Shown here in pieces: positions 11,421-24,287 of a DNA stretch of 57,545 nucleotides. Made by a program: the position numbers and the translations under genes. Source of the stretch: Tricharina praecox (taxonomy: Eukaryota); NCBI RefSeq assembly GCF_024521635.1, contig NW_026250450.1, positions 62,001 through 119,545 on the forward strand, written 5' to 3'. The notes under the pieces were generated by a model. That model had not been told where the DNA came from. It did no database searches and saw nothing but the letters and a program-made list of their open reading frames with translations. How positions within the stretch are numbered: the stretch's first letter is position 1; every line of letters begins with the position of its first letter.

Positions 11421-12429
11421 CGCGCCTTGTCGTCCTGCTGTGGAAAAAGTCCTCTGTACTGGATTGCTAGATTCGCTGCCGTGGCCTCTCTATAAGATTC
11501 GCTGCCATGAGCTCTGTGCTGGAATGCTGGATTCGCTGCCATGGCAACCCTCTCTAGGCCTCAGTACTGGATTCGCTGCAATGGCTCTGTACGATTCGCT
11601 GCCGGGGCCTCTGTACTATCCGCTGCCAGGGAGTTACTACTGGATTCGCTGCTAGAGCTTCACCACTGAATTAGCCTTGGAGATGCGCCTATAGCTGCCC
11701 TGGACTGCATTCGCTTAAGACTTGAGCAGTATGCGGAAGATGATTTCACGCGTGGCGATTCTGGGTCCGCTGGAGTCATGTTGCTGGAGTCATGTTCTGT
11801 CTCCCTACTGCTACTGGCCCGCCGAATACCATCTCGTTACCACTGCTACCCGTCTTGCCAGAAATGCTGCTGATATTGGTGCCTCCCTAAATACAGCCTC
11901 GCCCCTAGATACTGTCTCATCCCTCGATACCGCCTCCGCCCTCGACACCGCCACCTTCCTCAATATTGCCTCTTTCCTCGATGACGCCTCCTCTCTAAAT
12001 ACTGCTACTCGCCGATCGTCTGTTGCTACTGCTTCTCGCTTCTGACTGCACCGCGGACACCATATCGTTCCCCTGTATCATGCCGGCCGAGAAGAGGAGC
12101 ATGTGCTCGTGCGCGCTCGGAGGCGTGGAGTGGGAAGGACGAAAGGGCAGAGGGTGGGGAAAGGTGAGGACTGGGAGGAGGAGGATGATGGGGAGGAGGA
12201 GGAGGATGGGTTTATTCGCACAAAATATGATGCATGTACACACCTAGTTTATGCGGGGTATATAGTACAGCTGGAATAGAATAAATATTCTTAAATACGC
12301 AGGAAATATTGTCTCGCACAGACACTGTGCACAGTCGGAATCCCTGGATGGTTGACTACTCCAATGAGAGGCAACGCAGACACATAGGTTTTTGTTAAAT
12401 ATAGTAGTATAAAATCTTGATTATCGTCT

Positions 12430-12690
12430 GTGTTCTGCAGCGGCAGAAGGTCCTCTATATACATGTGCTATGTAGATGGCCTCCCGGCTCGTCCTGTCGG
12501 CGAGCTGCTCGTAGACACCATCACGCTCAGGGCACCAAACGTGGACGCCTAAGGTCCAAACGCCCAAGATCCGGTCGCTAGTCGTCTGGCACAGGTATGA
12601 CTCGGACAAGCACTGGCGCCACCTCCGGCGAGAATTCCTCCGGCGTCTGGACTCCCACGGAGCGATCAGACGTCTACATCTGACAGTTTT
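12430..12690. repeat. Dispersed repeat, inverted homolog of ~51685-52165 (empty-site version lacking the solo LTR)
   Basis: CTCTATATACATGTGCTAT(G/A)TAGATG and its flanks match the reverse complement of ~52117-52160. Both encode IYIAHVYRG.SA.AE. Confidence 0.8.
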
Positions 12691-12711
12691 CGGTGTCTCC
12701 AATCATACACG

Positions 12712-12817
12712 AAATAGACTGGGCGTTGATCGTTCATATCTGGAGATGACTGGGCATTTTTCGCTCATATCTGGAAACCACTGGGCATTGGTCGTTCATA
12801 CTAGAAATGACTAGGCT
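12712..12817. repeat. ~31-bp degenerate tandem repeat, about 3.5 copies (ACTGGGCATTGxTCGTTCATATCTGGAAATG)
   Basis: Directly visible in the sequence. Confidence 0.75.
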
Positions 12818-12952
12818 TTCACTCTATACAATGGCTCGAGGACGTTCCCAGCGCTACTAGAGTCAGGACCGTCTACACGCACCCAACGGATAATTCTTTT
12901 TCCTGATGCGTCCATGTGTGATCGCAGCAGTCCGAAACTGAGCTTCGCGGCA

Positions 12953-13285
12953 GTAAGCTGTCCAGTGTCGATCAGGCAGGAGGATCTTTCGACGGAAACT
13001 GGATGCGATATTGCAAGTAGATGACCCCAACGTGACTCGATCAGACCAGGGATATCCATTGAGGAGCGGAAGCAGCTTCACGCGTAGAGAGGGAGTAGTT
13101 GATACTTGGCTATGGTGACCACGGAGGTTCTCTGTAGAAAAATTCAACCCCCATCCCCTGCCGTCAAGAGTACCACTGGACCTCGGATCAGGATTGATCC
13201 CGGTTGAAGGGCACGCCACGCGCACCACGCTCCACACTGTTATGTCTTGCTATGAACTTGATGCCCTACTCTATTTCAGAAAAAT
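12953..13285. repeat. Dispersed degenerate repeat (copy of 5386-5660 and 6492-6612)
   Basis: Same shared blocks as copy 1, plus TATGTCTTGCTATGAAC(T/G)TGATGCCCT shared with ~6572-6600. Confidence 0.75.
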
Positions 13286-13372
13286 CTTGTCTATAATGTT
13301 TAGTGAGCTGCAGTAGATGGATCGGACTCTCTACATCGTCTATGTACAGAGCCGCGCCTGTGCCGACGGTAA

Positions 13373-13451
13373 AGAGAGAGATCTTCAGTTTATTTCGCAT
13401 GCAGCCTATCTAGAGTATTCTGAACAGTTCCACTAGTTTCCTGCCCACTCT
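13373..13451 (-). mobile_element. 5'-truncated LINE 3' end (UTR)
   Basis: About 80 bp homologous to 46371-46447, which lies downstream of a LINE ORF2 C-terminus. The minus strand ends AATAAACTGAAGATCTCTCTCT. Confidence 0.65.
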
Positions 13452-13989
13452 CCTGGGCCGAAGGTCGAGCGATGCTGCAAGCATTGGCGTGTTTGTTCTC
13501 GTTGCACGCTTGCCCTCTCTCTCACACTCTCAAAATCACCTTACCCCGCGCTATCACAAGGACAATTCAACGAAAATTTTCTCCGCCAGAATTCAAAAGG
13601 CGCTAGCGTAATTTCACAGCTGTTTGTGTGCTAAGGTTGTCGGCTAAATCTCCCTCCGCTCGAAGTATAAGTAGCACCTCCCTTCCCCCTCTTCTCCCAT
13701 TTTCTTCTCTTCTCACATCTATTTTCCTTCTTTACAACCATCAACATTACAATCTTCCAACTATCTCTAATCCATCACAACTTTCTGACTATCGGCTTTC
13801 ACTTTTCTCTTCAGATAACGACGACAATACGACGTTCGATTTTCGCTTCAGCCTTCGACAATACGACAAGACGGGAATCCGAACACCTATTCCTTAACAT
13901 CTCGATTGCGCCATAAGCAATTCCAGATCGACTGTTCGTCACCCTCTCCCGCTTGTCTCATCCACATCAAATAACATCCTTCACTCACA

Positions 13990-16560
13990 GATTGGAAGAT
14001 TTTCTTCCTCGCCGGCAGACATTCCGTGATTGCAAGAAGCTCAAGGCACCATGGGGACCCCGGCCCCCTGGCGTTGCAATGTGAAGGGGGAGCGCAAGAA
14101 CCTCAAGCCACCATGGGAGCCCGGGCCCGTGGGGGTAGCATTTTGAAGGAGGATCGGAAAAAGCTCAAGGCGCCATTGGGGCCCCGGCCCCCTGGGTTGC
14201 AAGGCGAAGGAGGCTCTCAAAAACGTATCAGCAAAGGCTAAGCCTACGCTCTCCTTCTGGAGGCTCGTCACCCTACACTCCCGCTACTATCATCCATACT
14301 AACTAACATTCTTGACGCATAGGGGAAGAAGTCCTCGACCGAGAAGAAAAGATTGCGCGGCTTCGTCGGCCCAGCTGGAACAGGACGTTGACAGTGAAGA
14401 CGACGAATTTTGACTTCGTCTAATGTGCAAAATGATCAACTTGGTACTACTCGGCGACTGAAGATCCACAAATACCACTAGTGGGTGGACTCGACATCCA
14501 CAACTACGACTAGTGGGTGGTTGCTGGTGTCGCTGTCGAGAACAAGCACCGACGGGCCTGCATCGACGAGGTCAAGAAGCTGAAGGCTGGTAAGTTTGCC
14601 CTCGGACCACCTCATACCTCACGAACAAACAACCCTAACACGCTCACAGAATGGGAAGAGTAGGGACGAGTTCTTCAGAAGGAGCGGCTCACTTTTCCCG
14701 GCATTGCCGGAAGACCAGTTTCGACTGGTACCACCAGCGATGGTGGGTAAGGGGAGGAGGTGGAGGGGGAAGAGGATGAGGTGGAGGTGGAGGAGGTCTG
14801 GGGGTGGTGGTGGATGGGAAAGAGGAAGAGGTGGAGGTGGAGGAGGTCGACGGGGCCGAGCCCGCTGGACGAGGCCGGCCAAGGACGTTGATTCGCTGGG
14901 CTGAGATGAAATTGTAAGTCAACTCTTGGTACTATGTTTGCTGCATGAGCTGATGATCTCAGCCAAATCCGCGAGTTTCACTTGCTCTTTGAGAAGCACT
15001 CGAAGCTACTAGTCAAGTACGCGCGCACAATAAACGATCCGGATAGCGACTGGACGGATCTAACGAACAAGAACTTTATCAACATGATGGTCAACGTCCT
15101 ACGTTACGACGAGAATACCTCGGCTGAGAAGAAAATGGGGATTAATCCTACCATTTTGCATGAGTCTGCCCGTGCATTGACCACGCTGCCGGCCGATAGC
15201 CGAGAAATCTGGGCTATCAATAGGGCCCTGATCGAGGTGTGGCACGATGGCAGGCCCCTCAGGCGCGCCGACAGCTCGGTGCCGCCGAAGAAAGCTCCGG
15301 CGAATCAAATGAGAGGGAAAGCTCTCCTTCAGCAAAAACCAGGAAGCGATTGCCCTGCAGGTTTTGAAGGAGAGGGAAAGCTCTCCTTTCAACAAAAACC
15401 AGGAAGCGATTGCCCTGCAGGTTTTGAAGGAGAGGGAAAGCTCTCCTTTCAACAAAAACCAGGAAGCGATTGACCTGCAGATTTTGAAGGAGAGGAGAAC
15501 CTCTCCTCCAAAGGGGAACTGATATTCTCCCTCATCTCCACGGGGAGCGATTCCCGTGCAGTGCTAAGGAGGGCAAAATATGCCGTATCCTACCGGTATC
15601 CTCCCAGCCGCACAACATCCGCAGTGATGCTGGCGAGAACTACGAAGACGTTCAAGATGAATGACAAAGAGGCCATCCGCGAGCTGGTGTGGTACGCCGT
15701 CAGTGAGCCATGCGCTATCCGCGAGCTGACAGATTGGATCAAATCCAAGGGCGACTCAGGCATATACCAGCAAGCGATCAGATCCACCCGTCTACTCTTG
15801 GCCCCGGCCTTCCAGCGTCCACGATTAACGCCAACCTTGCGACGGGGTTCCTCATCATCGACGGGTTTTCTGCCCGCCTGCGAACGAGTCCATCAATCCT
15901 CACCAGATTCCAGCGGGCCCGCAAGCTTCAAGCCGGGCAAGGCACCACGGTGTGCCGCAACAGCCCCCGAGCATGCACTTTCCTGGGGCCGCTCACGAAA
16001 GTCGCGAAGCGCAGGAGAGGGTTTCCTCTCCTTCGTGGGCGAACTAATGTTCTCCCTCACCTGCATGGGGAGCGATTCACCTACAGGTTTTGAAGGAGAG
16101 GGAAACCTCTCCTTCAATGGCAACCGCCGTCTCCACTCATCCGTTACCAACCAAAGCAGCCCATTCGACAGAAATCACGAAGAAACCTAACCGACATGCC
16201 CGCAATCCGAAATAAAAAGCGCTGTCGCCGATCCCAGGCTCGTCGCAAGGCCTGTGCGCAAAATCCGCGTTCCTGCGGCCGCCATAGAAAAGGCGCCTGC
16301 TAAGCGAAGGAGAGGCTTTCCTCTCCTGCGCGGGAGAACTGATCCGTCACGGGAATAAGTTCCCCTGCCGGTGACGAAGGAGAGGAAGCCCTCTCCTTCA
16401 GGGGAGAACTGATGTTCTCCCTCACCTGCACGGGAACACGTTCCCGTGCAAGTGTCGAGGTTGTTCGAGCAGCGGAGGACCAGCCGGTCCATGATCGGGT
16501 CTCCACCAACATGGTGCGGGTCGGGATCCTGTCAGCCACAGTAAGTGTCTCTGCTATCTC
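13990..16560 (+). pseudogene. Degenerate multi-exon hypothetical gene with internal repeats
   Basis: Canonical introns (e.g. GTAAGT...CCTAAC...CAG 14590-14649; GTAAGT...GCTGAT...CAG 14914-14962). Coding-like segments at 14982-15310 and 15620-15830. I could not build a continuous frame. Confidence 0.4.
15312..16450. repeat. 60-bp tandem repeat x3 (15312-15490) plus related ~70-bp units at ~15490, ~16014, ~16310 and ~16380
   Basis: Near-perfect copies of AGAGGGAAAGCTCTCCTTTCAACAAAAACCAGGAAGCGATTGCCCTGCAGGTTTTGAAGG. Later units share CTCTCCT..GG(A/C)GAACT(G/A)AT.TTCTCCCTCA. Confidence 0.85.
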
Positions 16561-16954
16561 CTGTTGATTTGATCGGATCGTACTTGAAGGGTAGATGCTG
16601 ATACTCCGGTCACCAGCCAGCAGTGATTTCCCGGTGTTTCCGGGTGATCATTAAAATCCACACACAGCCGCATCAATCGCGAAATCGAACGAAACAAAAA
16701 CTTTACCGACTTCAGTACAAGCGAGAACGAAAATGATACCCTAAAATATGAATATCACCGACTTCACTTCACACAGACGCAAAATCGATATGCTTACGAT
16801 CGCCGGCTACGATCGAAATACAAACACCATCATCAAACCGATGCGCTTACGATATCAATTCTCCTGCCAACATGGGAACGAAGATTACCGCGGAAAGAAA
16901 AGAGAGATGATTGTGCCGAGAACTATGGCATTATAGATAGACGTTTGCTGTTAT

Positions 16955-17020
16955 AACTACTGTACTTATTCGCTAAAATTACTGTACCTTTTTGCTAAAA
17001 CTACTGTACAATTTGCTATC
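16955..17020. repeat. ~21-22-bp tandem repeat x3 (AACTACTGTACxTTTTGCTAA)
   Basis: Directly visible in the sequence. Confidence 0.7.
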
Positions 17021-18041
17021 GCTATTGCTCTTTCCGTGACCCTTTTCGTGATTATGTAACAGTGCCGTGACCCGTGTTGTCCTCACAAACCCCCCTCTCC
17101 GCACCCGGAGGCTACCGGCGGTTCATCCTTTGCACCGGCTGACAGTTCACCCAGCTTTCCCGGCAACTCCTCCCGTACACAGTACAGTGTACTTACCTAC
17201 ATCAATTGCGAATCTGCGACTTGAAACCCTATGTTCCCCAACCGAACAAACAACAGAATTCGGAGTCGGACACCTGTGCAGTAGATGGAGAGAAGCATGG
17301 AAGATCGGACGCGGCCTTGGTTCGTCACTCGCATTGTCGAACTTTTGGGCTTGAAAGTTGAAACGTGATATCGCAGTATTCCTGCTATCTTTGGTGTAAC
17401 TGGTGTGACAGGGTATTTTGAAGTTCGAAGGCATAACCGAAGTCTTTGAATTGTGCGAATTGGAGGATATCTCTACCCTGGGGCTGGACGGCGAGAACGA
17501 CGCGTCAATAGCGCCATGCGGTCACGTCGCTGGTAGCTGCAGTTGCAACGGCAAATGTAGTGTCAATATGGCGGCGTGTTCACTATTTACATGGTGAGAC
17601 TCGAGAGCGGGCGGCTGCGGAAGCATTTGAGGAGTGAATTTGAATCGGAATCGAACGGTGTCGGATGGAGCTCGAACTTGGCGAGAAAGGTATTAAGTTA
17701 TTAACACATGCGAAGAATGGACAGGTTCGGAGGTAGAGATGATGATTCTATGCAGTATAAATACCCATCTGTTTTTGAAGAATTCGCTATCCGGAAAAGA
17801 GGTAACTATAGGTACTCTATCTGAGCTCGAAGTGCTACATCCCTCCCTCCCTCCCATACTCCCATCTTTCACCTTTTTTTTCCCAGCTCCGACCGGAGCT
17901 TGTACTTATCTAACATTCATCACAAATTGTCACTCCCCATCCACCCTTCCCAGCCGCTCATGTCGGAGTAATATATCCCCGCAGCCACCCAGTAATCCAT
18001 ATCCGGCCAACCCATGTACTCGGTACTCGGGTATAAGGGTA

Positions 18042-18170
18042 AGTGCTGCCTCACCAGATTTTCCCCCACACAACTTAGTCACCATCACTCACTCATTTCA
18101 TTAGATCTGACTTAGTGCTCTCCTAATATAGACTAGTGTTTATAATTAGTAATGGTGGTGAGGCACCACT
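18042..18170. mobile_element. Tc1/mariner (pogo/Fot1-type) MITE, 129 bp
   Basis: 15-bp TIRs AGTG(C/G)TGCCTCACCA (18042-18056 and 18156-18170, one mismatch), flanked on both sides by TA. The interior is AT/TA-rich. Confidence 0.7.
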
Positions 18171-21100
18171 TATTGGCAGCTCCTGGTATCAGTACCGGCC
18201 GAAAGACACCAACTCCACCTCTAAGGGCCAAAATGAGCTCCGCACTACGCACTCTAAGAGTCAAGACTAGATAGGTGGGCAGTCTAGCTAGGGCATATTC
18301 TTCTCCATCGATCGTATCGTATCGTGTTGTATCTATGGTTCACGTTCTCGGGGGGTGAGCGCGTCTGGGGGGGTAGAGTGTATCGGTATCTTTGTTCGGT
18401 ATTTACGGTATTTACGGTAGCAGTGCTACTTCGGTCTGCTTTTTTTGTTGTTAGTCGTTACTCGTTATCTGTTGCGCATGATAGCGACGTCGAAACCGTT
18501 ACAACCCGCGTTACAAGTAGGCCGCGGGCAGTTAATTCGGGGTCAGCAAGGAATACTCCGCACCAAAGAGAACACCGCGAAGAGAGGACAGAGCCTGCCA
18601 GTGATCAAACTTCCACCTTGGCACCTTGGCACCTTAGCGGGTTCTCGGAGGAGCAGAGGCCTCGCACGTGGTCGATGCATGCATGCATTATGCGCATGCG
18701 TATGCGTATGTACCCACCGGCAGGAGAATGTATTCACATAACATCCCCACGTTTTGATCCGAGCTGGTGGAGGGGAATCGGTGGAGTAAGGTTCGATCGT
18801 TTGAATGGAGGGGATTAGGTTGTGTGATTGGGAGTTGTGATTGAGAGGGGGGCCCCGACGAATGAGAACGTACGCACGCGGTTCAGAAGCTGAAGACGAG
18901 TGGAAAAGCGGGTATGCAGGCCCCAGGCTCCTCGTCCCGTCCATGCTGTTGCTGCGTGGTGCGGATACTCTTACATTATTAAGTTCTTACATTCAGCGAT
19001 TGCGGCTTATTACAGCTTGCGCAGTTACTGTTCGAGGGTTCGTTCTCGGGGTGAAGGAAGCCTGAAGGCTGCATAAGTATGTAGCTTGTATTTGAGGTAT
19101 AAATATCGACGAATAGGCGGTGACTCTACTACCACTGTCTACCACTGTTTACTACTAAATACTCGTGGCTGACATCTTAGTATAGAAATCCCGACAAACT
19201 GGCAAAGGTTGAGCATTACGCCTTGGAGCCCTCACTCCGGTACTCAAGTACGGTAGCCTCGTGGTCTCTAGTTGGAAGCCAGTGGCTGTGCGATGTACAT
19301 CCAATACATAATGATCATCCGCCTCTGCCCCCGAGAATCCGAGATGAGACCGAAATAGAACACCATTGGCCGCAGACTCGCAGACTCGCAGCCTGGCCTC
19401 TCAGCTGCAGCCCTAATGCCGTCTGCATGAGTCATATCAACTCTAAAGCCTACTACATACCGTATCTACCAACTTCACGGCCGAATCGGTGACACTAGGG
19501 GTCCCAGACTCCCAGAAGAATCAGAAGAACCGCAACTGCCGGTAGCTGTAAGTAAGCCTGATCAGCCCACTCTACTCGTCGATCACAGGTAACTGTAATT
19601 AGAGTAGGCTGGTAGGCTGGTAGCTGTGGATCGCCTACCACCGTGAACAACTCTAGTGTGATCGACTCGACTTGACTTGGCTCGGCGGAGACAAACGGGC
19701 TACCTACTTAGGTACTTGCTCCGGAAGAGGGTTCTTTCTCTACCGAGTGGTGTGATGGAGTGGGGAAGATCGAGAAGAAGGCTCCGACTGTGATCTATTG
19801 GGAATAGCTGTATCACGTATGATGGCCGAAGTGATTAGGTCCGAATCTCCGACCTGTTGCTGCTGTTCGGTGGGAAAAAGCCGGACTGCTCCGACGAACG
19901 GTTGGATGCCCGAACTGGACATAAGATATCGAAGAAACGTGCTTCTGTGGAGCGGAAACGTGAAATGCATACCTAGTTTGGACGAACAGGCCCCGGGCCC
20001 GGACCGGGTGAGAACGTGGCACGCCTAATCGTGGAACGGCCGCACGAGAGATATGTTCCATGGGGGTGAGGAGGGGGGAGTGGGGACAATTTAGAGACGG
20101 TTGGTCCTATTGCAGGATGTATGCCTGTCAAGAATCAATCCGGCTATGCTCTCGATCGAGCGCCATCCGTCTTTCATGATTCGACCGGTCTTCCGCGGTA
20201 CCTTCTGGAGGAATACCTGTAACTAGTACCGACCAACTACTCCAGATACGACAATCGCGCAGGATAGATACTCCATTAGACCTGTCATGACATAGCCCGT
20301 ACTCACATAGCAGCATATTTCTTTTTCCGCCGCCGTTGGCATTCCCAAGCACTAGGCAGAGTAGCAAGGGCCCGGGACGATTGGCTCGTGCGAGTGATGG
20401 TTGTGTGATGCTCCTGCCATTCACGCTTTGATAGACTATCATGTCGGACGAGAGATGTCGTCGATTAAGACTACTAGTACTAGCAAGTAAGCGCAGCACG
20501 CGCAGAGCCAATGCATGTCGGAATATAATCGGCGAGTCAGACAGACTGGGTCTCGGAGACTAGAGCGATGGAAATACTTCTAGCTCTTAGATAAGCTCCG
20601 AGTGCAGTGGCGCAGTTCGTTTTTAGGTTTTTTCTTTTTATTTTTTTCTGATTAGTATCAGTTGTTCCTGGACGGAACAGTAGATGTGCTTACTTAATTC
20701 AGTGATACAGAAAGTGCTGTCAGATTAGACGAGGACTCGAGCGAAAGGTCTCACGACAAGCCTCCGTCGCGAGACTCCCGGTCGCGCGGGAATCCGATAT
20801 TCTTCAGGGGCCAATCCGACCGTGCGAAAAAATAATCAAGGTATCACTGTGGCATGGAAATGTGCTCCGAATGCTGGAGAGCCCGGCGTAGTCAGAGTCT
20901 TCTGCTCTGCGTGAGGCGCAGGCGATGGCCAATCCCGTTCTGTGGCGCTTGTGTCGACTGGCAATGGTGGAAGCTTCGCCCAATAGCTCCAGCCAATCAT
21001 AACAACTCCCTGTTTATATCTGACGATAGCCATGGTGAAGAGTTGCTCCCGTCGCGCCCCCGAAAAACAGGCACCGAATGTCGCGGGGGTGGTGATCGCC

Positions 21101-21863
21101 AATCTTTAGCTGCAGCGGATCTGCGTAGGACTAAGCTACTCCCACCCTGCATGATCCGTGACGCACCAACCGGCGGGATTACCTGGAAGCCTCTCAACTT
21201 CCTCACCACCCCACACACAATCACATTTACAAGCTACAATCCTGTCGACGGACGGAAATGCGCCTCTTACCTCACCCACGCGAGCCCGTCGCAAGCCACC
21301 TCCTTCCGCCGCTGCCTGTCAGGACACACACACACACGCACAAACAGACTCAGCCAATCCGCGGCCCTGCTACGGGCGGTCCGAATATCTGCCGTATGGC
21401 TCTCTCGTCCGAAACCATGGCTCACTCGTCCATCATCCATCGTCCATCATCCAGCCATCATCATCGCCCCGCCGCAAGCACGATGCCGCGCTGCCGGATC
21501 CCTAATCATGCCTGCTCCTGGATGCAATACGGCTCTTGCCCCGGCCTCCGGGCGAAGCCAATTCCAGATACGACCTGCGCCGATGATGCGGAGAGGGAGG
21601 AGGGCTGACAGGAGGATATGGCCTCGCGCGAGCTGCTAGTGTTGGACTCTGGAGCGGCCGGATACGCTATCACGTCCGTACATATAAATCCCGTCCCGTT
21701 TCCGACTCCATCACTTCCTTCCAACACAACATCATCAACAGCCACATCCACCTCCCCACCCCACTCATCTCATCCATCATCATATAATACCCCGTCCACT
21801 ACCCTTTCTTTCTCGACTTAATCTCTATTGTGTTTTCTCAGGCCACCTTCAACATCCTTCACA

Positions 21864-24287
21864 ATGCCCGCCTCTCCGACTCAGATGCCCGCCAACAGCT
21901 ACAGGCGGACTTACAGCAAGATCCCAAACATGCTGTATGCGTCTCATTCCATCGAACAGTGCACAACAGCCGCTGACTTTGTGACAACAGTAATCCCACT
22001 ACCATCACTCCCGCCGCATCACCGGGCCGATCTCCACCCCTCGAGGAGTCCCACAAGTTTGCCCCGTCTTACAGGTATGTGTAGCCATCACATCGCCGTA
22101 CTCCACGTGCTAACAGCCATCCAGACTCACCCCGACACCGGAAGACAAGCTGTCGAGCGTCTACAACCTCCTGCACAGCAATCACACCACCGACCCATCG
22201 GTCACCATAAACCTGACCGGCCACGACCTGACCATCAGCCAGCTGCAGACCATCATGAAGGCAGGGACACAGGTGCACATAGACACCATCGCCAAGCGGC
22301 AAGTCCAGGCTTCAGTCGAGGCTCTCCAGGCCCATCTGAAGGCCGACCACTGCATCTACGGTGTCAACACCGGCTTTGGTGCTTCGGCGGATTCGAGAAC
22401 CAACCGCCCGGATACCCTGCAGGCGGCTTTGCTGCAGATGCAGCACATTGGAATCATGCCATGTGAGTTCATCCCGGATCCCTTTTTTTGCTTGGCTTGA
22501 TGACTGACGATTCGACAGCGATGAACTCGGGAAACAAGAATGTGATGCCCGAAGCTTGGGTGCGTGGCGCCATGGCCATCCGAATCAACTCCCTCCTTCG
22601 TGGCCACTCGGCTGTTCGATGGGAGGTGTTGGAGCGCCTCGTGGGCATGCTCAACAATAATGCCATCCCTTGTGTACCACTTCGAGGCAGCATCTCGGCC
22701 AGCGGTGACTTGAGCCCTCTCAGCTACATTGCCGGTGCCGTCACCGGACACCCCGGCATCTTCTGCTTCATCGGCGAGGACAGACAGACAGTCACATCCC
22801 GCGAAGCCCTGGCATCATGTGGTCTCCAGCCCGTCGAGTTCAAGGCGAAGGAGGTCCTCGGCCTGATCAACGGCACTTCGGTCTCCTGCTCGGTAGCGAC
22901 ACAGGTTGTCTCTGAGGCCTCTATGCTCGCACAGTTCTCCCAGGCACTCACCGCCATGGCCGTCGAAGTCGCCGTCGGCAGTGCCGAGCCCTTCGATCCC
23001 TGGGTCGCCGGCGTCACCCGTCCTCACCCCGGACAGAAGGAGGTAGCCGGCAACATCTGGTTCCTCCTCGGCGACTCATCGCTCGCCCGCGACCGCCACG
23101 CCGCTCCCGAAGGCGACGAGGACCACGAGCACGTCGGCCTGCGCCAGGACCGCTACCCCCTGCGCACATCGCCGCAGTGGATCGGCCCTCAGATCGAGGA
23201 TCTCGACCTGGCCATCTCGCAGCTCGGCGTCGAGTGCAACTCGACCACCGACAACCCTCTCATCGACACCACCTCCTCCTCCGGCCAGTACGCGCGCATC
23301 ATGCACGCCGGCAACTTCCAGGCGATGCACGTCACCGCCGCGATGGAGAAGACGCGCGGCGCCCTGCAGAACATCGGCAAGCTCATGTTCCAGCAGCTGA
23401 CGGAGATGGTGAACTACTGCACCGCGCCGCTGCCGCCCAACCTCGCCTCCGACTGCGACACCTCGCTCTCCTACACCATGAAGGCGGTCGACATAGCCGC
23501 TGCCGCCTACTGCTCCGAGCTCGGCGTCCTCGCCGCCGGTAACGTCGGCTCCCACGTCCAGTGCGCTGAGGACCGCAACCAGGCCGTCAATAGTCTCGCG
23601 CTCATTTCCGCCCGCCAGGCCGACGAGATGAACGACGTGCTCATGATGTTGATGGCCAACTACGTCTACGTGCTCTGCCAAGCCGTCGACCTGCGCGTCA
23701 TGCTCCTGACCTTCACGGAAGCCCTCGAGACCCTCGTCAAGACCGAGACCGCCTCCTACTTCAAGGGCATGATCGGCAAGAAGGAGCTGCGCAAGCTCGG
23801 TGTCAAAGTCTTCGACCACGTCAAGAAGCGCTTCGACGAGACGATGCGCGAGGACTCCCGCGCTCGCTTCAACGACATCTTCTACACCGCCACGTCCGTC
23901 GTGATGGAGGCGCTGTCGGAGAACAATCCGCGCCCGTCTAGCGACCCGACCGCCGTCTTCTCTAGCATCTCCCTGTGGCGCCAGAATCTTACGCATAAAG
24001 CCCTTGCGCTGTATAAAGAGCATAGAGAGGAGTTTGTCGCCAAGGATATGCCGGCCGCGCAGAGTTTGGGACGCACCAGGATCCTGTATGAGTTTGTGAG
24101 GAAAGATCTGAATGTACCGATGCATCGCGGACAGGACGATCTGCCGCTAAAGCATGGTGAGCAACATGAGCGCGAGGCCCAGGTGTTGACTACGGGTGCC
24201 ATGATCACCAGGATCTATGAGGCACTCAGGGATGGCAGGATGGCGGGGGTCGTGATGGATATGTTTGAGGGGATTGAAGGGCAGTAG
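21864..24287 (+). CDS. PAL: Phenylalanine/aromatic amino-acid ammonia-lyase (MIO-dependent, PAL/TAL/HAL family), ~753 aa; exons 21864-21934, 21991-22074, 22125-22462, 22519-24287
   Basis: Catalytic-Tyr loop IYGVNTGFGASA, MIO-forming GSISASGDLSPLSY, and motifs GLINGT, RQDRYPLRTSPQW, TTDNPLID, GNFQ and NQAVNSLALISAR. Three GT-AG introns with CTRAC branch sites join in frame (2262 nt). Strong C/G third-position bias. Confidence 0.95.

Noticed and set aside
17055..17255. Possible solo LTR (TGTAAC...AACA)
   Set aside because: The terminal inverted repeat is weak and the flanks GATTA and GAATT do not match as a TSD.
23076..24125. 349-aa antisense ORF and other ORFs overlapping PAL
   Set aside because: Expected shadow of strong GC3 codon bias on the PAL strand, with no independent motifs.
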